From positions 34,472,001 to 34,536,000 of the forward strand of contig JANJGN010000027.1 of assembly GCA_026770705.1 (NCBI GenBank): a stretch of DNA of 64,000 nucleotides. Direction: 5' to 3'. The notes under the pieces are model-generated. The model was not told the origin of the DNA. It saw only the letters and a program-made list of their open reading frames with translations, and made no database searches. Position numbers and translations under genes: made by a program. Positions 25,606-39,090 of this stretch are shown piece after piece (the first letter of the stretch is position 1; every line of letters starts with the position of its first letter). Source of the stretch: Isurus oxyrinchus. Lineage: Eukaryota.

Positions 25606-26000
25606 CCTGTCTCTGTCCGTGTGCTTACTCTATGGGGTATGTGAGAGCGAATTTGAGCTTCCATGTGTATGTCTGTACGAATCACTGGGCTTATGTGAGT
25701 GTATGTTTGTGTGTGAGTGTATGTGTGTTTGAATTTGTGTTCATATTATGTGTGTGTGTGTGTGTGTATGTGTCGTGTATATGTTTGTATGAGTGGTTAT
25801 GTGTGTGTGCTTGTGCGTATGCTTGTGTCTGTGCATATGTTTGCGTGTGTGCACTGTGTGTGTGCGTGTGTGTGCGAGTGTGGTTGCATGCAAGTGAGAC
25901 TCTGTGTGTATGTGTGTGTGTTTGTGTTTGTCTGTTTATGCCTTTGTGCTATCCTGTGCATGTGAGACAGTCAATGTCTGCTTCTTTCTGGCTGTCTATC
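25500..26000. repeat. Degenerate (TG)n tract
   Basis: Visible dinucleotide composition. Confidence 0.9.
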
Positions 26001-26034
26001 TGAATGTTCAAAATTTTGAAACACATAGGAGAGC

Positions 26035-27904
26035 AAAGTGACTGTTAAAAGTAGGGAAAATCACAAAATATTCTATAAATATATCAATGGGGAGAGGATA
26101 ACTAGGGAAAGAGGAGGGCACATACGTGACCGGGGGCGGGGGGGAAATCTATGGGTGGAGCCAAATGATAACATTCGAGTGTTGAATGAATACTTCACAT
26201 TCGTCTTCTCCCAAGAGAATGAAGATGAAAGTCTTGAACTCGGGCAGAGAGATTGCACGTTTCTTAAGCAAATTGATAGAGTGCGTGACAAGGTATTGGA
26301 GATCTTGGCAGGTTTAAAAGTGGAGAAATCTCCAGGTCCGGATGATTTGTGTCCCAGACTTCTGGGGAAGGCAAGGGAGGAGATCACAGGGCTCTCACCA
26401 AAATGTTCAATTCCTATCTTGCCACGGCGGAGAAGCCAGAAGACTGGAGGCCAGCTATTGCGCTTCTGTTATTTAAGAAGGGTTGTAGAGGGTTGTAGTG
26501 TTAAGCCAGGATGCATAGGCATGTGAGTCTCATGTCGTTGGTTGGTAAACTGTCGGAGAATGTTCTGAAGGAGAGAATCTCTCTCCACTTGGAGAGGCAA
26601 TGTTTGATCAGGGATAGTTAGCATGGCTTTGTCAGAGGGACGTCATGACTAACATATTTAATTTAGTTTATTGAGGAGGTGATCAGGTGTGTAGATGAGG
26701 GTAGGGCAGTTGATATTGATTATACTGATTTCAGCAAAGCCTTTGACACATGGAAGATTTATAATGAGTCTAAATGCACATGTGATACAGGGTAACTTAA
26801 TAAGGTGTATTCAAAGTTGGCTTTGTTGCAGGAGACAGAGTGTGGCGACAAAAAGATGCTTCAGTGATTAGAAGCCAGTGTCCAGTGGCATACCACAGGA
26901 ATCTTTGCTTGCACTCCTATCTCTTGCTATTTAGATAAACAGCATCGATGACTATTGTGGGGGTATGATTAGAAAGCTTGTGGATGTCACATAGATTGGC
27001 CAGGTGGTTAAAAGTGAGGCTGAGTATCTTGGGCTACAGGCAGATATAGAAGGGATGGTCAAATGGGCAGATAATTTGCAGATAGAATTTAACGATGAAA
27101 AGTGTGATGTGATACACTTTGTAAGGAGAAAATTGACAAAGAAATATTGCATGAATGGCATGGCACTAGGAAGTTCTGAGGAACAAAGTGACATTGACGA
27201 GTAAGTTCATAGATCTCTGAAGGCAGAGGGACATGTTACTGGGGTGGTGATAAAGGCATATGAGACAATTGCATTTATCAATTGAGGCATTGATTACAAA
27301 AGTAGGGAGGTTATGTAGGAGATGCTTAGAACCTTGATGAGGCTACAGCTGGAGTATTGTTTGCAGTTCTGGCCGCCACCTAATAGGAAGGATGTGATTG
27401 CACTGGAAGGGGTGCAGAGGAGATTCACCAGGATGTTGCCTGGGGTGAAATATTTAAGTTATGAAGAGAGGTTGGGTAGATTTGGGTTGTTTTCATTGGA
27501 CTGAAGGGCGACCTTATCGAGTTGTACAATATTATGAGGGGCATGGATAGGGTGGATAGAAAGCAACTATTCCTCTTGGTTGAATGCTCAGTCACGAGGG
27601 GAAAAAAGTTAAAGGTGAGGGGCAGGAGGTTTAGGGCGGATGTGAGGAAAAACCTTTTTTTTACCCAAAGGCTGGTGATGGTCTGGACTACACTGCTGTG
27701 AGGGTGGTGGAGGCGGGTAGTCTCACATCCTTTATAAAATACCTGGATGGGCAGTTAGCATGTCATAACATTCAAGTCTATGGGCCAAGTGCTGGTAAAT
27801 GTGATTTAGCAGGTAAGTCAGGTGCTTCTCACATGTCGGTGCTGCCTCAATGGGCCGAAGGGCCTATTCTGCACTGTGTGCTTCTGTGATTCTGTGATTC
27901 TGTG
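26035..27904 (+). mobile_element. CR1-like LINE ORF2 fragment with intact 3' tail
   Basis: KSPGPDDLCPRLL, KWADNLQIEFNDEKCDVIHF, LEYCLQFW..RKDVIALEGVQRRFTRM; ends in (TTCTGTGA)n octamer tail at 27882-27904, typical of CR1. Confidence 0.9.
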
Positions 27905-29585
27905 GGTGTGTGTGAGTGTTGTGCTGTGTTTTTGTCCATCCGTTTGAGAGTCAATTTGTATTCCTATGTGTGTCTNNNNNNNNNNNNNNNNNNNNNNNNN
28001 NNNNNNNNNNNNNNNNNNNNNNNNNNNNNNNNNNNNNNNNNNNNNNNNNNNNNNNNNNNNNNNNNNNNNNNNNNNNNNNNNNNNNNNNNNNNNNNNNNNN
28101 NNNNNNNNNGAATGTGTGTGTCTGCATGCGAATGCATGTGTTTATTTGTGTGTAAATGTATGCGTTTCTCTGTGTCTCTTGGTGTATGTTAATCTGTTTG
28201 TGTATATGGGTGTGTGCACCTGTGTGTTTCTTTGGATAACATTGTGTGAGCGCCTCTGTGTGCCCATGTGTGCATGTTCATGTGTTTGAGTACCTGNNNN
28301 NNNNNNNNNNNNNNNNNNNNNNNNNNNNNNNNNNNNNNNNNNNNNNNNNNNNNNNNNNNNNNNNNNNNNNNNNNNNNNNNNNNNNNNNNNNNNNNNNNNN
28401 NNNNNNNNNNNNNNNNNNNNNNNNNNNNNNNNNNNNNNNNCATGTGTTTGTGTGAGTATCGGAGTGTGGGTGCTTGAGTGTGTGTCTGTGAGTGTAATGA
28501 AGTGTAAGTTTTGTGTATGAGGAAGAGAAAGTGCTTGAGAAGTGAATATATCACAGTTTCATTTTTATGGGATGTGAGCTCCAGTCGTGTTTGTTTGTCT
28601 GTGTGTGATTAACAGAAAGGTATCAGTGCTCTCTATGCTGAATTTCCTCTGGAAGGTGAGGCAGGTTTTGCCCGACTAAGTTATGGGGAGTTTGGAGGAG
28701 AAAGTCTGAGGTTGTTCATAACCGGAATGTTAATTGGGAATCCACCATCAAGTCACAGGGCAGGGAGACAGTTTTTGATTAAAACAATAATTGATAACTA
28801 GCATTTTATTGTGGACATTTAAGCCTCCTGTAACAGATAATATTTGTATTCAAGGCAGGAGGAGAGAATCCTTCAAGAGTGCAAAATTTTCAAAGGCCCC
28901 TTAATGACTTTAGAAAAAGTGATCGGCTTCTGTTCTAAACTACTAATAACCAAAGTGGCTTTTACATTTACAAGAATGTAGGTTTTACCATGCGTGTGTC
29001 AGTGTGTTAATGGTGAAATTGTTTGCTATTTTTGACTCTCTGTTTTTTTTTAATGAATAGCTTCTTATCCATTCATTAGAAGTTTAAAATTACTGCAAAG
29101 TATTTCTTTTCTGAATATTTAATAACAACTGCAGCACTGGAGGAGTTAAACCATCCCCCTAAGAAATATATATTGTTGCAGTCAGTGGAGAAGAGGAAAA
29201 ATGAGGAATTATTCCAAATCTCTCCCCATTCTGCAACAGATGCGTCACATCTGGTTTCACCCAGCCAACCTCGGTTCCCGTCACTAAAGACTTCTACCAC
29301 GTCACGCCTGACTGCTGCCGTTATCCTTTCACTGCAAGTCAGCTTTGGCTCTTCTAATCAGATGTGACTTCCCCGTCACTCCTCCCTCCCCATTTTCGTC
29401 CAAGCATTTAAGCTGTACTTCCTTCCAAATATCGAGAACCTTCCCGTCGTTCTTTCAGCTCAATTTAATTCAATACCTCAGTCGATGCATTCACACATTT
29501 GAAAATATCTAAAACTTCACACTCAAACTGGTAATATCATCGCTTGCTTGATGAGTAATTTAATTCTTCATCACCTCCCTTACAG

Positions 29586-30477
29586 TGAACTTAATCACAA
29601 TTGTGATTCTGATGTCCAACAACTGTGGTCTGACCAAATGTATGACATGTTACCTGGTGGCCATGGCAGCGAGAGATCTACTGGTCATTGTACTGGATCT
29701 GATATTGAGAAACATTCCGATTGTTTTTAGTGAAATGTTTACTTTCCTGGATTCCATCCCCCTGTGTAATATCCACACTGTCCTGCTTTATGCAGCCACT
29801 GACTGTTCTGTCTGGTTCACCGTCACTTTCACATTTGATCGATTTGCGGCCCAAAGCTGAAAAGTAAATATTGCAGCGAGTAAACTGCGGCTGTGGTTCT
29901 GGGAACAGTGACTGTGCTGATCTGTTTAAAGAACATTTTCTGGTATGTATTTTATGTTCAAAGGTCGGTATTTAATGATGAACTACCCCTGTTTTGTTAT
30001 GTCACACTGGATGTTTTGTCCTCTCCGGTCTGGGGAGCAATTGATTCCCTCCATCACATTCTAACCCCATGTGTCCCATTTGTCCTGATTCTGCTGCTCA
30101 ATGTTCTCACCGTCAGACACATTTTACTGAGCAGCAGAGTCCGCAGGAGACTCCAGGTTCACAGCAGTGGGGAGAGTCCCAGAGACCCAGAGATGGAGAG
30201 TCGAAGGAAATCCATCATTTTACTGTTTGTGATCTCGGCCAATTTCATCCTGTTATTTTCAACATTCATGCTGTTTTCCATATGGGCCCGGATGTGGGAT
30301 TTGGGATTTAATTCTGTATATGTACATGATTTTGTTCAGGAATTGGGCTTCATGCTGCAGCTCCTGAGCTGCTGCACTAACACTGCAATTTACGCCGTGC
30401 CACAGACTCTGTTTAGACAGCAGCTGAAGAATGTGCTGAAATATCCCTTTACTCCAATTCTTCAATTCATTCAATGA
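29586..30477 (+). pseudogene. GPR139/GPR142-like GPCR paralog 1, coding exon 2 (TM1-TM7); frameshift and nonsense codon after TM3
   Basis: Acceptor CCTCCCTTACAG; NLITIVIL, YLVAMAARDLLV, SVWFTVTFTFDRF, PCVPFVLILLLN, RRKSIILLF, LSCCTNTAIY. The frame shifts at about 29851 and there is an in-frame TAA at 29881-29883. Confidence 0.9.
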
Positions 30478-30949
30478 CGAGAAACAATGAATCACTTAGA
30501 GCGTTCAGTGGCTGGCTACATGTCCATCATGGGTATCCCTCACTGACTGATCAGAAAACACAAAACAAAAAGTCACTGTCCTCCCATTGGGCGGGCTGCC
30601 TGGCCTTTATCACTATCAGTTAATGATTGGACAGGAATCCGACATTGGCATATCTCCACACAATCATTGCCCGGACTGCCTGCTGGCCTTCGCGAATCCT
30701 CCAGCTAATTGGAGAGAAAACCCCACCTGCAAAGGGCTCTGCCGACCCGCCAGCTGCGCTGCCTTTCCATCATAATAATGTGACACACCAGACATTGGAC
30801 AAGAATGGTTCAATCGTAAAATTGATGTAATATTAATAACTTGCCAGTGGGAGGGAAGAGAAAATTAATCCATAAAGCAGAAGGGAGGTATCGCTCAGGG
30901 TTTAAAGGGGTAAGAGGCTAATTCAGGGTCAAAATTGGGGGCTCATTTG

Positions 30950-33900
30950 AAAGTGCAGAGAAAAAGAAAGAGGGTGAGAGAGAAAGAGAGAGAGCGAGAG
31001 CGAGTGAGAGAGAGTGCAGAGAGACAGTCACAGAAAGGGTGACAGAGACAGAGAGAGACAGAGTGGCCATAGGAAGATCCAGGTAAAGAGAAGGAGAGAC
31101 ACAGGGTGAGACAGAGAAGGATACAGAGAGAAAATGAGGGAGAGAGAGAGAGATTGAGCGAGAGACAGAGAAGAGACTGACAGTGTGAGTGAGAAAGAGG
31201 AAGATTCAGTGAGAGGGTGAGGAGAGACAAGCTGAGAGAGAGAGGTAGAGACATAGAGATAGAAAGAGAGACAGAGATAGGCAGGCAGAGAGAGAGAGAT
31301 TGACAGGCCAGAAAATACAGAGTGGGTGGAAAAGGGGAGGCACAGCGAGATTTGGGAGAAGCACAGGGGGATATAGAGGAGGAAGGATGGAGAGAGGGAG
31401 AGAGAGTGGCAAGAGGGAGACACAGAGTGCGAGGCAGAAAGCTAGAGAGAGTGAGTTGGGGAAGCAAGACAGAGAGAAAGAGGGAAAGGGATAGAGAGAG
31501 ACGGAGAGGTATAGACAGACAGAGAGGTAGGGCCTTAGAGATGGGGTCGGGAGTGGCAGTGTAAGAAAGCAATATGAAGAGAAACACAGATAAAGTGTGA
31601 GGGAGAGGCACAGTGAGAGAGATAATGACAGAAATAGGTAGAGACAGGACAGAACAAGAGAGAGAGAGACAGAGAGAAACAGAATGCAACCAGAAAAAAA
31701 AATAACTAGACAGTACGAGAGACAAATAGAGCCAGTGAGAGTCAGAGAGGGAGGGGGAGAGGGAGAGAGAGAGAGAGAAGAGAGCTAGAGAGAGCAAGAG
31801 CGAGAGCTGCAGAGAGCGAGCCAGAAAGGAAGGTACAGCAAGAGAGAAATAGCGAGAGACAGAATGAGGGAGAACAAAAGAGAGTAAATGAATGAGTGAG
31901 AGAGAGAGGCGGGGAAACAATGACAGAGAGAAAGAGGGAAAAGGAAAGAGAGAGACAGAGAGACATAGACAGAGAGAAAGGCAGGGACTGAGAGACAGAG
32001 TGGGGAGAGGCAGTGTGATAAAGAAAGAAGAAGAGACATCGAGAGAGTGAATCAGAGTGAGAACAACAACGAGAGAAAGAGGCAGAGACAGTGAGGGAGG
32101 GAGAGAGAGAGAGAGTTGGACAAAGAAAGAGAGAGAAACAGAAATACAGACAGGTCGAAAGACAGATGCACAGATAATCAGGCAGAGGAAGGCAGCTAGG
32201 ACGGGGCAGAGTGACTGAGAGAAAGGTAGAGAGAGTCAGTATGAGAAAGAAAGAGGAAGTTACAGCGAGAGAGAAAGCGGGAGAGAGGTAGAATGAGGGC
32301 AAAAAAGAGAGGTATTAGGTGAGAAAGGGAGAGAGGTGGAGGCAGAGAAAGAAATAAATGGGCAATGTGTGAGAGAGCGAGACAGAAAGAGAGAGTGAGA
32401 GAAAGAGAGAGAGAAAGAGAGAAAGAGAGAGAGGGGCTGGTGGAGAGTGAGAGAGAAAGGGAGATATGGTGTCCATCTGAGAAAGAAGGAGCAAGGAGAG
32501 ATGAGAGAGGAAGAGACACAGAATGAGGGATACAAACAGAGATAAATTGGGAGAGAGATGGAGGCCAAGAGAGGTAAATGAGCAAAGTGAGAGAAAGAGA
32601 GAGAGAGAGGGAGAGAGCGAAAGAGGGAGAGGAAGAGATGCAAAATGGAGCGAGAGAGAGAAAGCGAGGGAAAGACAAAGGGAGGGATATGGGTATTGAT
32701 TGATAAAGAGAGGGAGATAGAGAGAAAAAAAGAGTGACTGTCAGAGTGAAAGAAAGAGAGAGAGATAGATATATAGAGAGAGACTAACAGACTCGAAGAG
32801 ACAGAGGGATACAATGAGGAAGAGAGGAAGCAAGATATATGGACATAAAGAGAGAGAGAGAAAAAGTGACAGAGATAGGCAGAGAGGGAGAGAGTGTGAG
32901 AGAGGTAGAAACAGAAAGAGCACATGACGGCCTGGCAGAAAGATGAAAGATCGAGAGAGTGAGAGGCAGACAGAGCGAAAGACAGAAAGAGATGGAGGTT
33001 GAGATGCAAATACATAGAGACAGAGAGAGAGAACGAAAGTGACAGAGAGAGAGACTGACAGAGATTGATAGAATGAGATAAATGGAAAAGGAGAGAGTGA
33101 ATGATGGAATCGGTGAACATGAGGGAGATATAGCGGAAGAGAGGGAGAAACAAAGTTAAAGATATACAGAGAAACATGGAGAGACAGAGAGAGAGCAGGC
33201 AAGACGGTGAGCCAGAGGGCAAGTCAGGGTGAAAGAGACAGAGGCAGAGAGAGAGGAAGAGAGGGGAGAGGAAAGGTAAGACAAAGACAAAGAGTCAAAG
33301 AAAAACAGAGGCACAAAGAGAGAAAGACTGACACAGAGAAATAGGAAGAATGAGAGAGAGACAGTGTGAGAAAGAAAGAGGAAGAGGGAGTGAGAGAGTT
33401 TGAGGGGGATACGGAGAGGTGAGAGAAAGAGGGAGAGAAAGGAGAGAGATTCAGAGAGAGAGAGAGGGGCAGAAAGAGAGAGGGAGAGAGGCAGAAAGAG
33501 AGAAACAGAAATAGAGACAGGAGAGAGCGTGAGGGAGAGACAAAGGAGAGCGAAACAAAGAGAAAGGCAGGTGGGGAGTGTGACAGACACAGAGAAAGAA
33601 ATACAGAGAGGCAGAGAGACACAGAGAGTGACAGAGTGAAAAAAGATAGAGAGGGTGTAGAGAGAGAGAGAGAATGACGGGGAGGCAAGGGGAGATAAAG
33701 GGAGAGAAAGACAAAAGAGAAGAGGCAGGGAGAGAGGTAGAGAGAGAAAAAGAGAGACAGAGTCATAGAGATGGAGGNNNNNNNNNNNNNNNNNNNNNNN
33801 NNNNNNNNNNNNNNNNNNNNNNNNNNNNNNNNNNNNNNNNNNNNNNNNNNNNNNNNNNNNNNNNNNNNNNNNNNNNNNNNNNNNNNNNNNNNNNNNNNNN

Positions 33901-36900
33901 NNNNNNNNNNNNNNNNNNNNNNNNNNNNNNNNNNNNNNNNNNNNNNNNNNNNNNNNNNNNNNGCACAAGAGAGAAAGAGATTTAGACCAGAGAAACGTGA
34001 AGATCAGGCACAGAGTGAGTGAGAGAGAAAAGGAGAGAAAGAGAGAGAGGGAGAGAGAATGGCAGAGAGAAATAGAAAGACTTGGAGACAAAGAGAAAGA
34101 GATAGAGAGAAAGAGTTAAACTAAGAGTGACAGAGAGAGAGAGAGAGAGAGGGAGACTGAAAGAAAGAAAAACAAAGATAGGGTGTAATAGAGAGAGGGG
34201 GAAGGGAGAGAGAGAAACAGAGAGGAAGAGAGAGAGTTGGAGACAAGGACAAAGGGAAATAGTGAGAAAGAGGTAAACCAAGAGTGACAGAGAGAGACAG
34301 AGAGTGAGACAGAGAGAGAGAGAGAGAGAGAAAGAAAGTTAGAGTGGAAGAGACACAGAGAGAGAAACAGAGAGAGGGAGAGAGATAGAGAAAGGGAGAG
34401 AGATAGAGAAATAGAGAGAGAGGGAGAGAAAGAGAAACAGCGAGACAGAGAGAGACACACACAAAGGGAGAGACAATGACAGACTTGAGGGATGGACAGA
34501 GATAGAAAGAAATGGAGAGGAGCAAGAAAAGAGTTAGAGAGAGGGATAGGGAGAGAGAAGGACTTACAGCAAGATAAGGGGACAGAGAGAGAGACAGACA
34601 GACAATCAGAGAGAACAAAGACCAATAGATATATATATATAGAGAGAGAGAGACAGAGAGGGGCGTGGGTGCTGGGAAACAGAGAGACAGAGCGGCAGAG
34701 AGAAATAGTGATAGATGGAGACAAGGAGAAAGGGAGATGGAGAGAAAGAGATAAACCACGAGTGATATAGAGAGAGCTGGAGACATGGAGAACTTCAAAG
34801 ATAGAATGTAAGAGAGAGGGAAGGAGAGAGAAAAATGGAGAGAAAGCGAGAGAGAAAGACAGAAGGAGAGAGAGAGAGAAAGAGAGGGAGATGGAAAGAG
34901 AGATAGGAAGAGCCACAGAGTGAGAGAGACAGAGAGAAGCAGTGAGAGAATGGGACAGTGAGGGAGAAACAGAGACAGACAGGGAGAAACAAGTGGTGAC
35001 AGGGAGAGAGTGATACTAAGAGAGAGAGACTGAAAGGGAGTGGGAGGCACAGAGAAAGAGACAAAGAGTTTGAGAGACACAAACAATGACAATGGGAGAG
35101 AGTTAGTAAGACAAAGAGAGAGAGACAGAGACAGAGAGAGAGAGAATGATGCTTAGAGGGAGAGAGGCTTAGTGAGAGAGTATGGCTGACATGCAAGTAG
35201 AGAGAGAGAGATTCAAACAGACATGGAGAAAGAGAGACAGAGAGAGAAAGAGACAGAGAAAAAGACAGGCAGAGAGAGGACATGCAGAGAAAGAGAGAGA
35301 GTGACAGATAGGCTGAGATATATAGAGGAAAGAGAGGGAGAGAAACAGAGAGGTTGAAATAGAAAGATAGGCAGAGAGAGAGACAAAAGGTAAGAGAGAG
35401 AGCCGGAGGCAGAGAGAAAGAGAGAGAAAGAGAGAGAGACAAACAGACAGACAGAGAGAGGCAGAGAGAGAGAGAGAGTGAGTTAAATTGAAAGAGAGAG
35501 AGAGAGAGGGACAATGACAGTGTGACAGAATCAGATGGAGAGAGAAATAGTGAGAGACGGAAAAAGTAAGGGAGAAAGAGAGCAATACGGTCTGGGAGAG
35601 AGACAGATAATGGGAGAGAGAAATAGAGAGAGTGGGTTTCAGGGAGAAAGAAAGATAGCCATAAAGAGATATCACGAGAGCAACAGAGAATGTGAGGGAG
35701 AGAGCGAGAGAGAGAAAAAAAATACAAAGCAAGAGAGAAACAGAGAGATAGAGAGACAGATGGAGAAAGGAGAGTTAGACAGATAGAGTGAGCGAGACAG
35801 AGATAGCGAGAGGGAGAGTGAGCAATAGCAAGGGAGAGAAAGAGAGAGAGAGAAAGAGAGAAAAATACTGAGCATTGCAGGGGAAGAGAGATCGAGAGAG
35901 TGATAGAGGGAGAGGTAAGAGTGACAGATGTAGAGTGACAATCAGACAGACTGACAGAGGGATATAGAGTGAGGGAGGGATAGAGAGAGAAAGAGGCAGA
36001 GAGAGGAGACAGGCGGAGAGGAAGAGAGTGGGGAGAGGGAGACTTAGATATAGAGAAAGGCAGAGAGAGAAAGGGAGAGGGAGAGAAATAGAGAAAAGCA
36101 AGGCAAAGAGAAAAAGAGTCAGGGAAAGGGAGATGGAGAAAGGGAGAGACAGACAGAGATAGGAAGTTATGTTGGGACAGAGAGTGACAGACAGGGAGAG
36201 AAACAGGGAGAATCGAAGGAAAGTGACAATGACAGTTCCAAAGGGTGACGAACAGGGAGAACAAGACAGGCAGAGTACGAGGGTGGTAGAAATAGAGGGA
36301 GAGAGTGAGCGAAAGGCAGACAGTGAGATCGAGTGAGACAGAAAGCTGGAGGACGAGAGAGGGTGAGAGAGTGATAAGCAAAAGCAGGGAGAGGGAGAAA
36401 GAGATAGAGAGAGACGCGGGGTGGCAGAGTGAGGGAGACAATGACAGGCAGAAAGAGTAATATGGTCAGAGAGAGGAGTCAGACAGAGAGAGATTTAGAG
36501 TTTCCTACATGCAGAGAGCGAGAGAGAGAGAGAGAGAGCAGAGCTACAGTGAATGAGATTGGGAGAAATAAAGAAATGGAGATTGAGAGGGTGCAGAGAG
36601 AGAGAGAGAGAGAGAGAAAGAGGGAGAGAGATTGAAAGAAAAAGGGGATTGAGTGGGAGAGAGACAAAATGATTGAAAGAGAGAGAGACAGAGAGGTAAA
36701 ATAAACAAAGGCTGTGACACAGAAAGAGTTACTGTGAGAAATAGAGGGAAAGCGAGAGAGGGGGGACATAGAGAGAGACAGTGACAGAAAAAAAGGAAAT
36801 AAAGANNNNNNNNNNNNNNNNNNNNNNNNNNNNNNNNNNNNNNNNNNNNNNNNNNNNNNNNNNNNNNNNNNNNNNNNNNNNNNNNNNNNNNNNNNNNNNN

Positions 36901-39090
36901 NNNNNNNNNNNNNNNNNNNNNNNNNNNNNNNNNNNNNGAGAGACCGAGAGAGGGATAGAGGGAAAAGTGAGAGTGAAAGGCGAAAGGGACAGTCAGACAG
37001 CTGGATAGAGAGTGAGGGAGGGACACAGAGGGAAAGAGCCAGAGAGAGTGAGGTGGAGAGAGAGAGGGGGTGAGAGGGAGACAGAGAAAAGAGAAAGACA
37101 GAGAGACAAAGGGAGAGGGAATGAATGATTGGAAAGAAAGGGAGAGAGGGAAAGAAACAGGGAGACGGAGATTGAGAATGGGAGAGACAGACAGATATAG
37201 GAAGTTAGATAGAGGCAGAGAGCGACAGACAGGAAGAGACAGAGGGAGAAACGAAGGAGAGTTTGAATAACAGGCATGAAGGGTTACGGTCAGGGGGAAC
37301 AAGACAGGTAGGGAATTAGGGGGAGAGAAATAAAGGAGGAGAATGAGCGACAGGCAGAACGTGAGATCGAGTGAGACAGAAAGAGAGAAAGCGAGAGAGA
37401 GAGTGAGAGGGCAGGGAGACAGAGAGAGAGAGACAATTACAGTCAGAAAGAGTGAGAGGGTCAGAGAGAGTCAGGTGGACAGACAGAGAGATACAGACTT
37501 TCAGACATACAGTGAGAGAGAAGACAGATAGAGAGTGCAGAGAGACATGAGTGAGTGAGAATGAGAGAGACAAATTCATGCAGATAGAGAGGGAGCAGAG
37601 AGAGAAAGAAAGACAGTGAGAGATAGAGACAGAGAGAAAGAGGGAGAGAGAGATGGTGAGAAATAGGGGAAAGAGTGGGAGAGAGCCAAATAGTTAGAAA
37701 GAGAGAGATAGACAGAGAGGGTTAGAGATCGAGAGAGAGAGAGAAAGGAAAAGCAAGGAAGGCTAAGAGGGAGAGAGTGGGATCGAAAGAACGTGACAGA
37801 GTGATGGAAGGAGTGAGGGAGTGAGTGAGAGAGAGAGAGGGATATGGAGACGAAGAGAGAACGAGAGTCAGAACGGAATTGAGACGGGCAGACAGAAAGG
37901 AAGACAGAGAGATGCAGAGTGAGGGGAGAGAGAGGAAGAGACAGAGAGAGAGTGGGGGATAGAGACCAGGGGAGAGAGGGAAAGTTGGGAAAGTGACAGA
38001 GAGAGATAGAAAGACAGAGACACAGAAACAGAGAGAGAGAGAGAGAAAGAGAGAACGAGAGAGGGAAAGGGAGAGAGAGATGGAGAGAAATAGGGGAACG
38101 AGAGGGAGAGAAAAAGAGATAGAAAGAGAGATAGAGAGATAGACAGAGAGAGAGAGAGAAAAATATCAAAGGCTGAGAGACCGAGTGACTGCGAGAAAGA
38201 GAGGGAAAGTGAGAGAGAGAAGGGGGAACAGAGAGAGAGAATGAGACAGAAAGAGAGGCAGAGAAAGAGAGAGATAATGAGAGAGAGAGAGAGAGAGACA
38301 GCGAGACAGAGAGAGTGGGAGAGGGAGAGAGAGATAGAGAGAGAGAGGGTGAAGGAGGCTAAGTGAGAGAGGGGGCGGCACAACGTGGGAGGGGGACAGA
38401 GAGAGACAACAAGAGACTGAGGGAGAGCGGGGGATATTGAGTGTTAGAGAGAACCAGAGTGAGAAACGAAATAAGACAGACAGACAGGCCGGCAGACAGA
38501 TAGATAAAGAGTGAGGGCAGAGAGGGGAAGAGACAGAGAGAGAGCGAGGGATAGAGACAGGGAGGGAGAGATAAAAAATGGGTTTTAGAGAGAGAGAGAT
38601 AGAGAGGCATAGAGAGGAAGAGGCAGAAACAACCGGAGAGAAGGAGAGAGAGAGAAATAGAGAGAGGGAGAGAGAGTGGTCGGTGGGGGGGGGGGGGGGG
38701 GGGGGTGTGGTGGGGGGGGGGTGTGGGGGGTGGGGGGAAGGAGACAGAGAGAGAGAATGACTGAGAGAGAGAGGCAGAGAGTTAAATTGAAAGGGACAGA
38801 GAGAGCAAGGAATAAACAAAGGGAGAGAGAGGGAAAGGTGGGAAAGAGAGGGAGATACGGATGTAGAAACAAGGAGAGACAGAGAGATAGAAAGAGAGTG
38901 AGAAATATATATATATATATAGAGAGAGAGAGACAGAGAGAGAGTGAGAGAGAGAGAGAGGCTGATGGAGAGGTTTATTGAAAGAGACAGAGAGAGACAG
39001 AGAGACACACCGAGAGACACTGAGTTAAATTGAAAGAGACAGAGAGAGAGAGAAAGAGTGAGAGAGAAAGACCGAGGCAGACAGAGAGGT
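30950..39090 (+). repeat. ~8.1-kb purine-rich degenerate (GA)n tract with two gaps
   Basis: Plus strand is overwhelmingly A/G; the long Ser/Leu-rich minus-strand ORFs are compositional artefacts. Confidence 0.95.

Noticed and set aside
22437-26003. His/Thr- and Cys/Val-rich ORFs
   Set aside because: Translations of (CA)n/(TG)n microsatellite
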